Below are positions 37,793 through 52,081 of a stretch of 64,000 bases of DNA, piece after piece (the stretch's first letter is position 1; each line of letters begins with the position of its first letter). This DNA comes from Trichosphaerium sp. ATCC 40318 (lineage: Eukaryota > Protista > Tubulinea): assembly GCA_038496445.1 (NCBI GenBank), contig JALMLS010000309.1:310001-374000 (forward strand). Reading direction: 5' to 3'. A model generated the notes under the pieces. That model worked only from the letters and a program-made list of their open reading frames with translations. It was not told where the DNA came from and did not search any database. Position numbers and translations under genes: made by a program.

Positions 37793-39685
37793 ATGGTAAC
37801 AACCATTACATCTTTGACGCTCTATTCTGTTTATTGACCTCATCTAGCTTCGGTTTTGTCTACTCTTGACGTTTGCACTTGTAATAGTTGCAGATATGCG
37901 CTCTGCTGACCTCAGGGCTGAATTGAGGTACACACCCGGCTTTTTTTTTTTGTGTTCCGGTGTATTTATGCTTTGACTTTAGAGCTTGTGCCAAAGCCGA
38001 AACTACTGCTTACAATAAAGAAACTAAACAATGTCGCTTGATGATTTCTTTCACCATGGATACTAACGACTCAGTAATGTACGTTACAGCCTTCCGGCAC
38101 TTAGTTCAAATTTCGTACCAACACAAACTGTCTAGCACCCAAATAGAAAACCACTTAAAATCAGATGGCATTGTTGTAGAGGCTCACTGGGAACTGGCCA
38201 AAGGACTTTGTGTATTTGTCACAAAGGGTCAAGCTAGGACTATCTTAAGATATCTCAGGAAGGATCACAGGGAAGTATTCCAAGGCATGCAAGCTGATGT
38301 TGGCGCTTCCATCTCTGCTTTTGGTGATCCTGCTTGGCATTTAGATCGTATAGATCAGAAATTCGGTACAGACGAACAACCTTACGGGTATGTCTTTTAA
38401 CAATTGAGCGTTGACAAATCTAACACTACTGAAGACCTTCCAACAACGGTGCTGGTATGCGTATATACGTATTAGATACTGGTGCTAATCCGGCTCACAC
38501 CCATTTATCTGTAAGTGGTTGTTTAAGTGCTATTCGCCGTCGTTCCTTACATTTTGTGGTAGGGCCGAGTTCATGCAACACACAGTTTCCTTGCTGGAGT
38601 ACCAGGGATCGATCAGAACGGACATGGTTCAGCTGTTTCAGGTACGCCTTTAAAAGGATGATCTTTTTATAATCTTACAGTCTCAAGGTGCTATTGTATC
38701 ACCTCAATTTGGTTCTGCACCTGCAGCACACATTATCAGTTGCCGGTACGTTTATTGTAGTTTACTTTCATCACGTGGAGCTTAATTTCTTTACTAGTAC
38801 TTGTTTTACTAATGGCCAATGTTCTTACGCTGCCGCCACTTCTGCTGTCCAATTTGCTATCAACGATTACACAGCAAATATTGTCCATTTCCAAGGGGCC
38901 ATCATCAACTTGTCTTTTGGTGGTAACATCGCAATAAATGCAGCGCCAACACCATTAGAAAACGTTTTGGCAGCGTACGACACCAGATTCTTTAGCTTTA
39001 ATAAGTAACTCTTTGCTTAGAGCACGTGCAGCTGGTATGGAGGTTGTTATTGCTGCAGGTAACAGCAATCAAAACGTTGCAGGTGTTTCACCTGCTAGGT
39101 ATACTGGTGGTGTAACGTGCGCATCAATCAAACAAATACAACGTACATAGCTAACTCCAGTTTTCATAATAGTGTTGGTTCTAGTACAATGATCGGTACC
39201 CAAGATTCACGCTCTACGTTTAGTAACTGGGGAACGAATGTCGTATGTCATATGTCACAACAACCTTTTATGTTTGATGTTACTAACAATCCCATCTGTA
39301 CAGAAAATTTTTGCTCCTGGTGAGCTCGTGACAACTGTCGATTTCGCTGTCCCTGCCGGTGGCACAACGGTAGTTTCTGGTACAAGTTTCTCAGCACCAA
39401 TCGTAACTGGTGTTTTAGCAACTGTACGCAAAATCCATCAATGTTATTTTTGATAGTACTGACACTTAGCCCTTCTAGATGTGGTCAAAGTTCTTTTTCC
39501 ATTTCAACCATCATCAAATTCCACCAATCAGAGTCAACTCTAGAGATCATGCACTCGCTGAACTCATGGCTACATCAGTAAACAGGAATATTTTGAATCT
39601 CAGTGGAAGTCAGCAACGCATTGTGCGTTCAGTATGTCCTCATGTTACACTCAACTTTGTGGGTCTCTGCGATGCAACTCCATAA
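37793..39685 (+). CDS. Secreted S8 subtilase (proteinase K-like) with prodomain
   Basis: Signal peptide; WHLDRIDQ, IYVLDTG (Asp), NGHGS (His), AAGN, SGTSFSAPIVTG (Ser). Confidence 0.92.
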
Positions 39686-39732
39686 ACAACTGTAATCACA
39701 TTTACGAATAAAGTCTCAGCTGCAACAGTTGG

Positions 39733-42700
39733 TCAATACCCAGCCTCCTTATTCGTTTTTTGTAACAAGAGTTCCTCCAAGTCTAAGTGCTCACAACAGT
39801 TGAAGGTATAAATAGCTCTTGTCTTCAAATCTATCCTCTAACTACACGTATGATTGAATCAAATACATTTGTAGTCCTTGTACCATTGTAAGTGTAACTG
39901 CACCTAACAGTGATAGAAGGTAGTTTCACAAATGGTGTCAAAAAGATACAAATAATGTGCTGGTTCTATTGTTTATTTTACATTAGCTGTGCTAAGAACT
40001 CTTCATCAAAAACGCTTGAGAATGTATATTTCTGGCCAGATAACCCACGGAAAGATAAAAAGTCAAGTACAAGTCGATCTAAAAAGAGACATAAACAAAT
40101 GGTAAATTAAGAGGATATTTATCAATCCGTTTGAAAAAAAAGAGGAAAAAGAAAAAAGAAGACACTCACGTTCGTTAATGTTATTGTCACAAAAAACACC
40201 CTGTAGAGCAACTTTACGCTCTTTTAATGCTTTTATGTCTTCACTATCATCATCTGATGATGCATCATGATCAGAAGATTGAGATAATTTGAGTATATTG
40301 CGAATAAGCACAGTAGAGAACGGACCTTAGAAAAAAATGAGAAAAAGAAAAAGAATGAGTTGGAAAACGCAAAGTATAGATTTGCGTTTTCAACGTACTT
40401 GCTGAATTAACATCATGGAGACTATCATACAATGACTGAAGTTTATCAAGCAAAAGTTTATACACTTCCAAAGCAGCTACATTACAAGTATAAACACAAC
40501 AGCCCAAAACAAAACAAAAAATCTCAAAAAACATCAAAGAATTCTTCCACTCCAAACAAGAAACAAACACGTGCCTTCAGAATTATCTTGCCTCTCCAAA
40601 ATTAATCCAAGCAAATATACACAACCATACAAACTAGTAATAAAAAAATTAAGCCACATACAAGCGAGACAAAGCAAGATTAAACTTAAACAAAAAAAAA
40701 ACTTAAACGAAGAAAAAAAAAAAAAAGAAGAGCTGGATCGTACATTTCTCCGTGAACTTCATTACATATCTTTAGAATACCAAAACTCTGTATTGTTAAT
40801 CCTAAAGCTTTTTGGTGTTCTCCAGCAACCGAATAAGCATCTGCCAATTTAAAGACACAAGCAGCACATTCTTCACTATTCTCACCAATACACTCTTTTA
40901 CTAGCTCTAAATGGTTCTCTAACATACTGATACGCTTCTCATTAGATATGTTAAGCATATCAGAACGGTTAGATTCAGAGTAAACCATTTCCTGAGGAAG
41001 AGAAAAGTCAAAACATAAAATTCATCACTAAACTTGATTTTTTGAACAGTTTTTTTGAACGTACTTTATCCTTGTCTTCGCCACTAGCGACAACCTCCTC
41101 AATAAATGGTAACACTCGAGAACGAACGTCTATCCGTTTTACGAGGACATCAATAGATAAAAGATCTTTAACTGATAGAGGACCAGTAGTTGTATCATCT
41201 GTAGAACAAGGTACATTAACGCCATCGCCTTGCAATTTTGCAATCTTCTCAGCAGCGTCTTCATGAAATTTTAGACCCGTGTATTGTTGCATCATATCAA
41301 AAAGAGATACATGACCTAATTAAAACAAAACATAAACATACTAACATCCAAAGAAACGAAAGAATAAAAAAATTCTTCCAGAAAAAAAAAGTCTGTTGAA
41401 ACAAAAAAAAGGTTTTAAGCAATACTGCTTTGGACGTACCGAGAATAAATCGAAAGTTCATGTTATCACCAGGTTCAAAACGGAAACCAAAAGGACCATA
41501 CTTTAATAAGAGCTGTACAGGCATTGTAATGTTCCAAAAATTATCTGTATCTTTTCCTTTTCCAAGAACAAGATTGAAAAAATCAACAATAAGCTAAAAA
41601 CAATCACCATTAGCACCCACCACACAAAAAAAAAATATAACGATACTATTTATAACTATGACAACATACCTCTTTGCATTTTTCCTTAGATTCAACATTC
41701 TCTGTCCTGAGCTTGGCCTGCAATAAACCCTTGATGACACGTGCAAGCATTTGAAAGCCGATAATGTTGTACTTCAGCCTTGTACTCCTATCTGGGACAA
41801 GCATGTATAGTCTACCCAAGTATCGCATATTAATACCATGCCTGTGCATTAATGCAGGTAAATGAAATGCTGAAATGATAGAAGAAGGGTGTTTAACAAG
41901 CCAATCGGTAAAGTCAGGAATTACTGTATCCCTTAATTTCTGTGTCAAATCGGATACTTCCTTTTCATGTTTCTCTCTATCATGTGCTCCAAACCGCATA
42001 AATACATCGCTAGATACAGGTTTGGTCTTGTTATCCTTGACTAACTCACCACTAATACCACACCATTAGCACAAAAACATCTACTAAGACAAAAAAAATT
42101 GCTTACCGTAAATGACAGTACAAAGTCTGTCTCTTCTCTCCTGCAATAATAAGTGTCTTACCACGTGTTGTTTTTGATAATAGAGAAGTAGCTCGGGTAT
42201 TTACAGGTGTTTTTTCATCATTGCTACTGTAGCTAGACACTATAACTTCAGGAAATCGCATGGAGCTCCAATCAACATCTTCACCAAGCAAATCTGAAAC
42301 TTCCTGATTTTCGGGTAATCCATCCTCTCTGTTTTTTTTAATTTGTACAAGTTCGAGAGGCTTAGACACATCCATGGAGATAACTACACCCCATGCAATC
42401 TTAAATTGACCTTCAGCAGGAAAAAGACGCTGCAAATCAACCATGTAATATCTGCCATCGAGACCACGATGTCCCTCCACATCCAATGTGATGTTAGTCG
42501 CAATAAATACATTAAAGGGTAATACTTACCTCCAGGGAGATAAAGATACTTTGGTTCTTCAGAAATACCTTGGTAGATAGTAAGAAGGAAGTCAACCAAA
42601 AGTGAAATCGGTGGATTTTTCTTTCGGAAAAAAAAAAACTTTTGTGCATTACCTTTGCCAACCATGTGACGTTTAAGGTTTACAGCTTTTGCTACCTTAC

Positions 42701-44038
42701 GACATATCTCAGTTAATTCCGAATTAGAGTCATGTATTGTGCGGCAAGCATCTGCAGAGCCATAACAGATAGTCTTTCTATCATTTAGTGGTAATACTGC
42801 TTCTGCGATTATACGATAACCGTAGTAGTCCATCACAGCCATCATTGGTAAGAAAAGACCTTTAAAAACTCATTTAGAACAAGTACAAAAGATGATAAAC
42901 GCGTAGAAATAGCCACCAACTGAAACAAAATAAAAAAAAAAATGTACCATCAATTCCACATGCTAAAACAGCTGATAATCCTTTAATTTCATGTCCTAAA
43001 TGAAGTCGTTATTTAAGACGTTACTAGGATACTTTGCGGTTTTTAGGCGTTTTTCCTATTTCGAACGTACCCACGGCTTTCATTGCGAACGAATCACCTC
43101 CATACAAATCATGTGTGTCCTTGGCAAGCTTGAAGAATATACCATCGTATATAAACTTATCTACAAGGAGTGACATTAGCATAAAAAAGTCAAAACCAAA
43201 ACCAAAAAAAAAAAAAAGTGGAAAAAAGATTTGTTGTTTACCTCCGCCTGCCAAACCTTTAGGCACTTTTTGAATCGTTTTATTGAACTCAGACTTATGT
43301 ACTTCCTCAATAATAATAGTGCCAAGGCGTATAGCCTAGTTGTATTTTAGCAATTTAAAAAAAATGACACGAAACGTGTTTATCAAGGTGATGTGAATTT
43401 CTTGCGATGTTTTAGAGTAAAAAGAGAACATTTTTATGTCAAATACGTATTTTGACGTACCATGTTTACAAATTGATCATATAGCTCGTGCATCTCTCTT
43501 GCTCTATTTAGCCTCTCGGTGGGTGTGTTTGCGGGCTTTTCGCGTATTTTAACAAATTTGTCGTTCCAGCTTGTATTTAATGGTTCTGGCGAAGGTGCTG
43601 GTGGAGCCTTTGCTGGTATTGGCGTACCTACACGAACGTGAGTAAAAGGGAAAACGGTTAAAAAAAAATGGTCTGTTTCTATTTTCCCCCTGTAGGTATA
43701 ATAATGCAATCAATCGTTACAAATAACCGAGTTATTGGCTTGGAGTTGCCAAGCAACTTTTATTTTTAAAGCCATCGATTAGCAAATAGCGTACCTATGC
43801 CGTAAGCATAACCACTTTCATTAATAATTTCGCCTGCTGTTTCGTCCTCGTGTACTTCGTCATCATACAGGCCAACAGGTCGTGCCGGTTTTTGTCGTTT
43901 GTTGTGAGCATTAAAGTCTTTTCTGACCTCGAAACTGTCTACCAGTGATTGTGGGATAATTTGTTTGCATTTCTTTGCTAGCGGTTGCCGAAGCGGTGGC
44001 GTTACGAAATCTGCTTTGCGTTTCCCGTTAGTACTCAT
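39733..44038 (-). CDS. Clu-domain (CLUH/eIF3-p135-like) protein with C-terminal TPR-like region
   Basis: AMKAVGHEIKG, DYYGYRIIAEAVLP, YGSAD, DVEGHRGLDGRYYMVDLQRLFP, MHRHGINMRYLG; 3' end approximate. Confidence 0.85.
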
Positions 44039-44244
44039 TCGTGATGTTTTAGGCCAAAGAATGACAGCCAGCGGACAATTCTTTGTGGGTTTAGTGCGAT
44101 GTATCAATAAACCAATATTATTGCGTTTTGACAACTTTCGAAACGGTAAGGGCAGATAATGTCCGTTTTGTTAAGCCTTGCAGGAAAATGCATAAGTCGT
44201 TTAAACGAGTGACTAAACTATCGTGTATCAAGCTCTAACACACA

Positions 44245-45891
44245 ATGAACGCATCAAAAGAATGGATTGAATCACGTGTTGGCTCACAACAGAGCAATGA
44301 GCACTATGAAAAATTATATCAGCATTACTCCTCAAAGTGCGTAGAATAGCGTTAAAAATCGCATTATGTATTTAAACCGAGCCTATCTTTTAAACTGAAA
44401 CAATTTATTTGATTATCGCTCTAATAACGCCAATTAACACCAAAAAGGCTTTGGCATCAACTCACCGTATACGTGGAGGGTTTGTTATCCCAAGAAAATG
44501 CACTTAGCAACGAACAGCTACTGGAGCTACACAACTGCTTTCTAAAGGAGTTTGCAGGCCGTTTGAATCCTCGCGCCTACGCTCGTATTGCTGTGCGCGT
44601 TTGTGCGTTTATTGAGCCAGCAAAGCGACCTGAATTCCTAGAGGAGGCTGGATCTATTAGTTCTGTACAGAGAGAACCTTACGCCGATGCTTTAATTTCA
44701 GCTGCAAAAGCTTCAAGTTTGGTAACTGGCAGTACAGCTCCTACAAAGGAAGACAAAGCGCAAGCCAAAACACATATTGCGAACGCTGAAAAAACAATCG
44801 AGTTTGCTTCTGCTGACGCTATTGTTGACACCTTCACTACCGCTGCTATTTACAAGGCACAAGCAGAGCTAAGCAAAGTACGTCATTTTACAACCAACGG
44901 TTGAGAATCAAAGTCGTTATTTGGTGGTTTTTTATTTGCCAAATTTTTATTATATTTTACTGCTTCTACCTCTTGTTGTGCCCTAACAGATTTTATTTTA
45001 TTAGGTTAGTGGTGACCCTGTCGGATTCTTTAAAAATGGATTATCTTATCTCGCCTACACACCTCTTGAAACACTTCGTACTAATGATAGATTAAACTGG
45101 GCTGCAAATCTTGGTATTGCTGCTCTTATTGGAAAAGAGATTTACAACTTTGGAGAGCTGGTAACCACTCATTTATTTTGTCTCTACTCGCTTGTCTCTA
45201 CTCGCTTTGTTTTCTCTAACATTTTTTAATGCGTAGACTACACATCCAATCTTGAAGTCTCTTGAAGGCACTGGTCATCAATGGTTAGCAACAATGTTAA
45301 AAATCTTTAACGAAGGAGATATCGTCCAATATAAAAAGTTTTTGAATGAATACGCTGGTCAGCTCAAGGAACAAGTAAGTTTTTGCTATAAAACCTAAAT
45401 AGAACGTGTCAATTTTACGTGTGTGCTAACAAAGTTTTAATAGCTCGATTTGGTTAATAATCAAGCGACACTTGAAGCCAAAATCGCTGTTCTCTCCTTG
45501 ATCCAATTGGTTTTCTCTAAGCCATCAGATGATCGTACTATTACATTTGATACTATCGCTAAACACACACAACTCCCTGTAGATCATGTACGACACATTT
45601 CTGATTACGAACTATTTTAGAACCTGAAATTTTTTTGGGTTTTTTTTTAGACGTTATTTCTGACATGTGTTCTAGGTTGAGCGATTGGTTATGAAGGCAC
45701 AATCACTAAAATTGATTAGAGGAACCATTGACCAAGTAAAACAGCGCGTTATTGTAACTTGGGTGCAACCTCGTGTCTTGGAGCTCTCACAAGTCGTTGC
45801 CATGACAGAACGCCTCGGAGAATGGTGTAATGGCGTCAAGGAAGCCTTAAACTTGTTTCAAGCTCATGATACAACAGTAGCTACTGTTTAA
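44245..45891 (+). CDS. RPN9: 26S proteasome lid subunit Rpn9/PSMD13
   Basis: KLWHQLT, IYNFGELL.HPIL, VERLVMKA.SLKLIRGTIDQV..VTWVQPRVL (PCI domain). Confidence 0.95.
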
Positions 45892-46061
45892 ACACTCAAG
45901 GATTAAAATAAAAATCTTTTGTAACTTGTGAATTCGCTGCGTGTAGCGTGCATGTATGCTTCGTGCCAAAGAATATTTCAGTGTTTATTTTAGTGGCCGG
46001 AAAAGTGGTGAGTCAAACTAAGTACTACAGAGGCAGACAAGCGCCAAAACCTGTGGAAGAC

Positions 46062-46486
46062 ATGAATAGTAGGTTTATTAAAGGTGCTAGGTTACCGTCG
46101 CGTAAACTAGCTATGCAAAAGCGTATGGCTTGCGAATTATTCGGCAAGGCCTCTCCTAGGAGGTAAGGGCAGGTTGGTAGTTAATACTAATGATTTTGTA
46201 GAGTATGGCTTGATCCAAACAAAAAGGTCGAAATATCAAAAGCAAGAACACGTAATAGCGATTAAACGCAATTTTTTTGGTAACTATTGATTTAGGTCAA
46301 GCAATACGCGAATTGATCGCTAAGGACGTCATAATGATAAAAATAACGCGTAGGGGCATGACACAGGGGCTTTTACCAAGTATGAAAGACCATCTCAACC
46401 ATCCAGTCGTACAACGCATTAAAAAAGAAGTAAAAGCGGCTGAAATCGTACAGCACCAACAAGAGCTCACAGAAAACGAAGCGTAA
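46062..46486 (+). CDS. Truncated ribosomal protein eL19-like paralogue (~113 aa)
   Basis: LAMQKRMACELFG..RRVWLDPNKKVEISKARTRQAIRELIAKDVI matches the eL19 N-terminal domain; two GT-AG introns; unrelated C-terminus. Confidence 0.75.
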
Positions 46487-47450
46487 ACCAAACCAAGCTC
46501 AATACTGAACTCCAACAACAATTTTTGTAAACAGTGTATAATGCCCTCTAAATGTATGTCAATTCCAGAAACACAACGTTATAGTTTCTTTTTCGCGTTA
46601 CGTGCGGTTACACTGGCACGTGCAACAAAAATCGGCCAAGTTTGTAAATCAGCGCAGACCATCCTCCTTAATGGTACGCCATGTAAGGATGAGAACGCTG
46701 CGTCAGTTCAACATAAGTTTGGGTTGTTAAAGTACGGTTGCCTGTCCAACTTGTGATTTTACTATGAGAACAAATTACGAATAACTAACAACAAAAAGAA
46801 CTGTATTCCGAAGTTTATTTGAAGCTACGTTCAGTGAGTATGAGTTATGAACCTGGTGGAGGCTAGACCAATTAGTTTTATGAAAAACTATTGACGTTGG
46901 TTTCAAGCTTGCTGAGGGTACCTACGAGAGCGTGTACCGCCTAAACGTTGTCCACATACTTCAAGCTAATGATAGCCTATATTATGCTTCGTGGATGCAG
47001 ACAGTAGTATGCCCTGCAACAGGCAGAGTGCAGGATCACTTTCAAAAATTGGATAGCTGAAAATAAGGCACCTTCATATGGCACAGTTTATCTAGCTATC
47101 TTAGAATGTCGCCTTTTCCAAAATCTAATCCATTCGCTTGTAGAACAGACTCACGTATTTTTGAAAACGATATTTGAATATGGTTACACTACTTCCTACT
47201 GTTTTATGTCACCATTGATGCCGTTAAAAGTCATCAAAACATACTAGGTGGTTGTAAGAGATAAGGATAACTAGTTCAGTATTTGGCATATCCACGTGAT
47301 TAATGAATTAGCGGGAACAAAAATGGTCTTTTTATTAACTCACATTGTATTATTCCAATAATGTTCCTTTTTTTATTTAAGGTTTACTCAAAACAAGCAA
47401 CCAGATTAACATTGATAGAGTTCGAAGTGATAAACAAAAACGTAAGTGTC

Positions 47451-48518
47451 TTAGCGAGGAAAATATAGTGGCATTAGTTCATTGTACGCCAGCCAATCGA
47501 TTTTGTTAAATATAACAAATACTATCTTTGTCATGCTATAAGATCTCTTAGTAACGTTTTCTGGTGTTAACTCAAAAAGAAGCATACCTCTTGATATTTT
47601 GTGTATTTTCGAGCCAGTGTCGTAACATGCCAAGTGCGACATGTGCGCAAAACCTAGGATCGAATCTATATGCTCCAGTACTTGTACAACACAAAGCCAG
47701 CGTTTTAACATCATGTCTTATGGCTTGTTGCAAGACTGTGCGATAACTGGAGCGAAGTAAGGGCAATCCTTCCTTCTCTGTATGCAAGTCCCTAAAAGCA
47801 CTTGAGATACACTCCTCTGGAATTCTCTTTAGTGTACCTATTTGGACCTGTAATAGTGTTAAGGAGTTATTAACATAGCAGTAAAGGTGTACCGACTGTG
47901 TGGAGGACGTATTTGCATTTTAGTTTTCCAAAAGCTTTTGTTGTTTTTGTTTGACCATGACGACATCCATCAAGTGGTATACAAGCTTCTTTGAGCTCAG
48001 GACCTTATCTAATTAGTATAAAATAACATCGTATATATCAACTATACCAGCAGCAGCATGTATAGCTCTGTCTATACCACCTAAGTGATCAACAAATAAG
48101 TTATGACATTTCAACACTTCTACTTTTTCGACTAAAAAAAAAATGCACCTCCGCCAAGAAGAGATGGTCTCGCAGCGTTCACAATTGCATCTAGGTGGTG
48201 TCATGAGACTCTATTTGGCACTTACAGCGTACTTACCACAGTTTATAGAAGTGATATCTTTTGTGAAATAAAGTTAGCAACATGACACGTTGACATTTTT
48301 TTTCTGTTTTTTTTTTTGGGGTTTTGCGTACCACCATACCATATCGCTACTTTTGCGTTTATTGTCTCGTTTTTGACAACAGTTGAGTAGAACGCTTTGA
48401 ACTGAGTATCAACAGCGTCGTCGATTACTTTTAAATGCGTAGATCGCTCTATTGGTTCTATATCGCTTACGTATTCTCCCCAAGGGCATATATCAGCAAT
48501 ATGCAGCTCTGATGTCAT
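47451..48518 (-). CDS. Macrodomain protein (MacroD-type ADP-ribosylhydrolase-like)
   Basis: GDIT..CDAIVNAA..LLGGGGIDRAIHAAAGPEL, YVLHTVGP, ALCCTSTGAYRF. Confidence 0.9.
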
Positions 48519-48736
48519 AACTTAAGGTTCTAATTAAAAAAAAACATGTCAACTGTTTTCTACGTCGACAATCACGTTTTTCCAGTTTGGGAATGCTAGG
48601 CGCTAGCCAACAAAAGGAAATTGTTCGATTCAAACGCAAAGCAAGCTTGGGAGAATGACAGAGAAGAGTAAACAGTTTCACATCTGTAAAGTTCCAAAGT
48701 CACGTAAAAGTACATTTTTTTTACCAGCACATTGCT

Positions 48737-48995
48737 TAGAGGTGGTCGTTGTCCGGTCTCGGCTAAGCCGCTATAAAATCAGTAGCCGGTTAACCGAGGG
48801 ATAACCCTTAAAAAGTGAGATTTTGTTGGTGTGTACCACATGCTTTTTTTAAGTTCTACGTGCTCTCAATGGCTTTGACATACGTTTGTTCGACACATAG
48901 GTCCAAAGCCTAGTATCAAGCAAAAACATGCCAAAAAGGTTGGAGTTTTCTCTTGTTTTTCTTAGCCGGTTTATAGCCTTTAGCGACCACCTCTA
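48737..48995. mobile_element. hAT-type MITE, copy 1
   Basis: TIR TAGAGGTGGTCG..CGACCACCTCTA; 8-bp TSD ACATTGCT/ACATTGCC; subterminal TAGCCGG motifs; homologous to 56804-57097. Confidence 0.88.
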
Positions 48996-49128
48996 ACATT
49001 GCCGAAGTTTCCCATGTTTCTATTACTTTGATGTTAGTAGTTGTTTTATTATAATATAAAGAAGGTGCAGTTGTTGGAGTATGTAGAGATAAGGTTTATT
49101 CTTAGCAAGTACACAACAATATTTATTT

Positions 49129-49520
49129 TTATTCTTGATTTTGGACTATCACGAAATCAATGTAAGGTGAAGGGGCGGGTGAAACGTTAACACAAGAAGT
49201 TTTGATTGTTTCGTCTACCAGACTTATGACACAAACATTTTGAATCTGAGTAGATCCTGGTGCAAAATCGCTTGAAACGTTTGAAGTATAGAATATTTTT
49301 TCTTTGCTGTCGTATGCAACAGAATAAAACTTATCTTCCATTGATTCACCAATATATATTGGATTACATTGTACAGGATTATTACCGGTCCATCGATATG
49401 GCGCCCACTGTTGAAGTAAAAATGAAGGTAGTAGCAATAGAATAGAAAGAAATAAAATCAATCTTGTTCAATTCTTCATCATAGTCTAGTACTGTAGCAT
49501 AATACGTTGACACGAAACTT
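49129..49520 (-). CDS. Hypothetical coding fragment (5' end unresolved)
   Basis: Open exon(s) ending ..PYIDFVIVQNQE*; no clean start exon found. Confidence 0.25.
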
Positions 49521-49806
49521 TCCATTTTGCACTGCTAAAAACACAAAGGATAAATTGAGTACAAGGAATAGCAGATTTTGTGTGTTACACACGTGACGTG
49601 ACGTACTTTTACTATATCAATTGAAAACAACTCAATAACGCATTTTAAAATTATATGGCCATTTTTCCATTTCGTAAACACCGTAACATGAAGTTTTTGA
49701 CAGGTTTTGGTCTATGTTTGTTCAATTCTTGTTTTCATTGTAACATTGTTATTGAGTATATGTACTATTGATCTTGGGTGTTGTCATTAACAGCACTAAG
49801 CCATAG

Positions 49807-51719
49807 TCAAACGGTTATTTTTTGTACCAGTTCTACCACATGAGCCAGTGATGGTTGGGTTACATTAGACTGTGCCGTGGAAAGAAAAAAAAAAGTATTA
49901 AAGGTTCCTAAACAAGCTAAAACTCAAACTTTATTCATGAATAAGCAGCTAACAAACTTTTACTCCGTCAGTCGCCTGCTTATACTCTTGAAGCTGAATT
50001 ACGAGTCTAAAGTTGTGTACTGCCAAATTTTGAATTTCGAAGACAAGTGGGACTCTTTTAGTGAATAGCTGTCCATCTCTTATATTTGCAGCTAGCGAGT
50101 ATGCAACAACAGAACGTCCAGTTGTGATTTTGGAAGTATACATAGCTTTGTTATCTACCTTCTCTTTGTAAACTACCGCTGTGCTGTAGTCTTCTTGAGA
50201 AGTGAATTGTCGGATCAAAGAAGTCACATACTAAAGGATTTGGTTTAGCAAGCACGTGATATTGTGAAACAACATTAGAGAGACAGACGTACATCTCTAG
50301 AAATCAAACAGCCAAAAGAAGGCGTATTCATACACATGTTGTTCTCACCATTCGCTTTGATTGAGAAGTAGCCTCCTGAGAATTGATCATGTGTTGAGGA
50401 AAATTTAGGTCCACAAATACGAGATGTAAAAATGGTATTGTTATGTCCTGGCGTGTAGTACAATTGTTGCGAAAATTTATCTGCTAGCGAAGCACTAAAC
50501 TGCCACTCATCTTTTATACTTTCCTCATTGTATACTTTGACACCCACATTAAAGAAAACACCTTCCCCAACAACACCCTCGTCCTTCATCTCTGTACTGT
50601 TTAAGAGCGGTACCTAAAAAACATATTGAGCCAAAAAAGGAAACCACTTTTTTGTTGCCGAGTTAACAACGCACAGGTTGTTTAGAGTGGAGAGACAGTG
50701 GGTCATACATGCTATGTTCACACCACTTCTTTGCAACAAGGGTAGTGTTAAACAACTCTATGTTATTGGTTATGGCTGGTGTTAAGAAAAACCGAACAGC
50801 CATAGAAGCACATGATAGAAAAGCTGTAAACAAAAAGCGTTAAAACAGGAAAAAAAGTAGAAAAAGAAAACAAGTTGACGTACGTAATGGTATCCTAAAT
50901 GGTTCCTCGTAACATTTTTCTAGAAATTTTATAGCCATCATAGTATTGAGATCACCCTTTATTTCTCCGTTTTGCATATAAGCAAGATCTCTGGCTTGAG
51001 TTAACTTAAACTCTGTCATTATTTCACAACGTTCTCTAATACTTGTTTTAACAACACAATATTTGCCTTCATAGCCTTCTCTGCAGTCACACTCTCCAGT
51101 ACCAACATCACAGCTAGTAAAACATCCTCCAGAACAAGGATGTTGACAGTCGTTACCCCATTTAAGGTCATAACAATCATAACAAGCACCTGTCATTTGA
51201 CAACCATTATGGCAGTTTGATGAGCACTTGTGTTCACATTTATCTCCATAAAAATCTGCAACAACAATAAACGAGCGAGACACCAAAGTAAAAGTGCAAT
51301 TAATGCAACAACGGTGGGCATAATGAACAAAAAAACGGTTTTGAAAGAAAATACAACAAAAACAACGTTATTGATTGCTGATCGTACTGGGTTTGCATTT
51401 TTCGCATACTAAGCCATCATCGGCGCATTTTAAACACTTTTTTGAATTGCATGGGTATGTCTTTTTACATACTCCTGTATGCTGGTTGCACACCTGGCAG
51501 TCGTCATCGCATGTTTTGGAGCAATATTGGCCCCAAAAGCCATGGGTACAATTTGAGCACAAACCTGGCGTTATTCGTTAGTAGCGCATTAGTGAAGTCG
51601 GATATACCGTATCTACATGCTCCATCTTCACAGTTGTTGCAAGAATCAGCACCGTCGCAGTATGGTAGCGTAATAAGTATACACAACCCAACAGCGAGTA
51701 AATATTGAACTGATGCCAT
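49807..51719 (-). CDS. Secreted protein with N-terminal EGF-like Cys-rich repeats and an uncharacterised C-terminal domain
   Basis: Signal peptide MASVQYLLAVGLCILITLPYCDG; repeated C..C..GFWG..C / C.EGYEG.YC motifs. Confidence 0.7.
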
Positions 51720-52081
51720 GATCGTTTGAATTTTCAGCAAAAGTCTTCCTTTTTTTAAGGAGGATTCGCTTGATGAAGTTCAGAACGGATCCATGATAAT
51801 AGCGTATCTTCAGCAGTCCTACGTTGTTTTTTCATGAACACAGACAACTTGTTGGTACCAATGCGTTAGGTTGTTTTACAATGAAGCTGAGTTGATTTTT
51901 TTTCACGTGTTAAGTAGTATTTAAAGATGGAGCACACCAGTACATTAAGGTGTGATAGACTTCAATCTATTTATTCTAAGACATATTTTTTTATCGACAA
52001 CAGTGCTAACGCTCTATGTCATAAAACTAAAGGAACAATGCAATTTATGAGGGATGAATAGTGATTGTTTACTAAGTAATT

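Noticed and set aside
45179-45206. 14-bp tandem duplication in an RPN9 intron
   Set aside because: Ordinary slippage duplication
46540-47300. Possible small minus-strand gene
   Set aside because: Only partial exon chains, with no start or homology support
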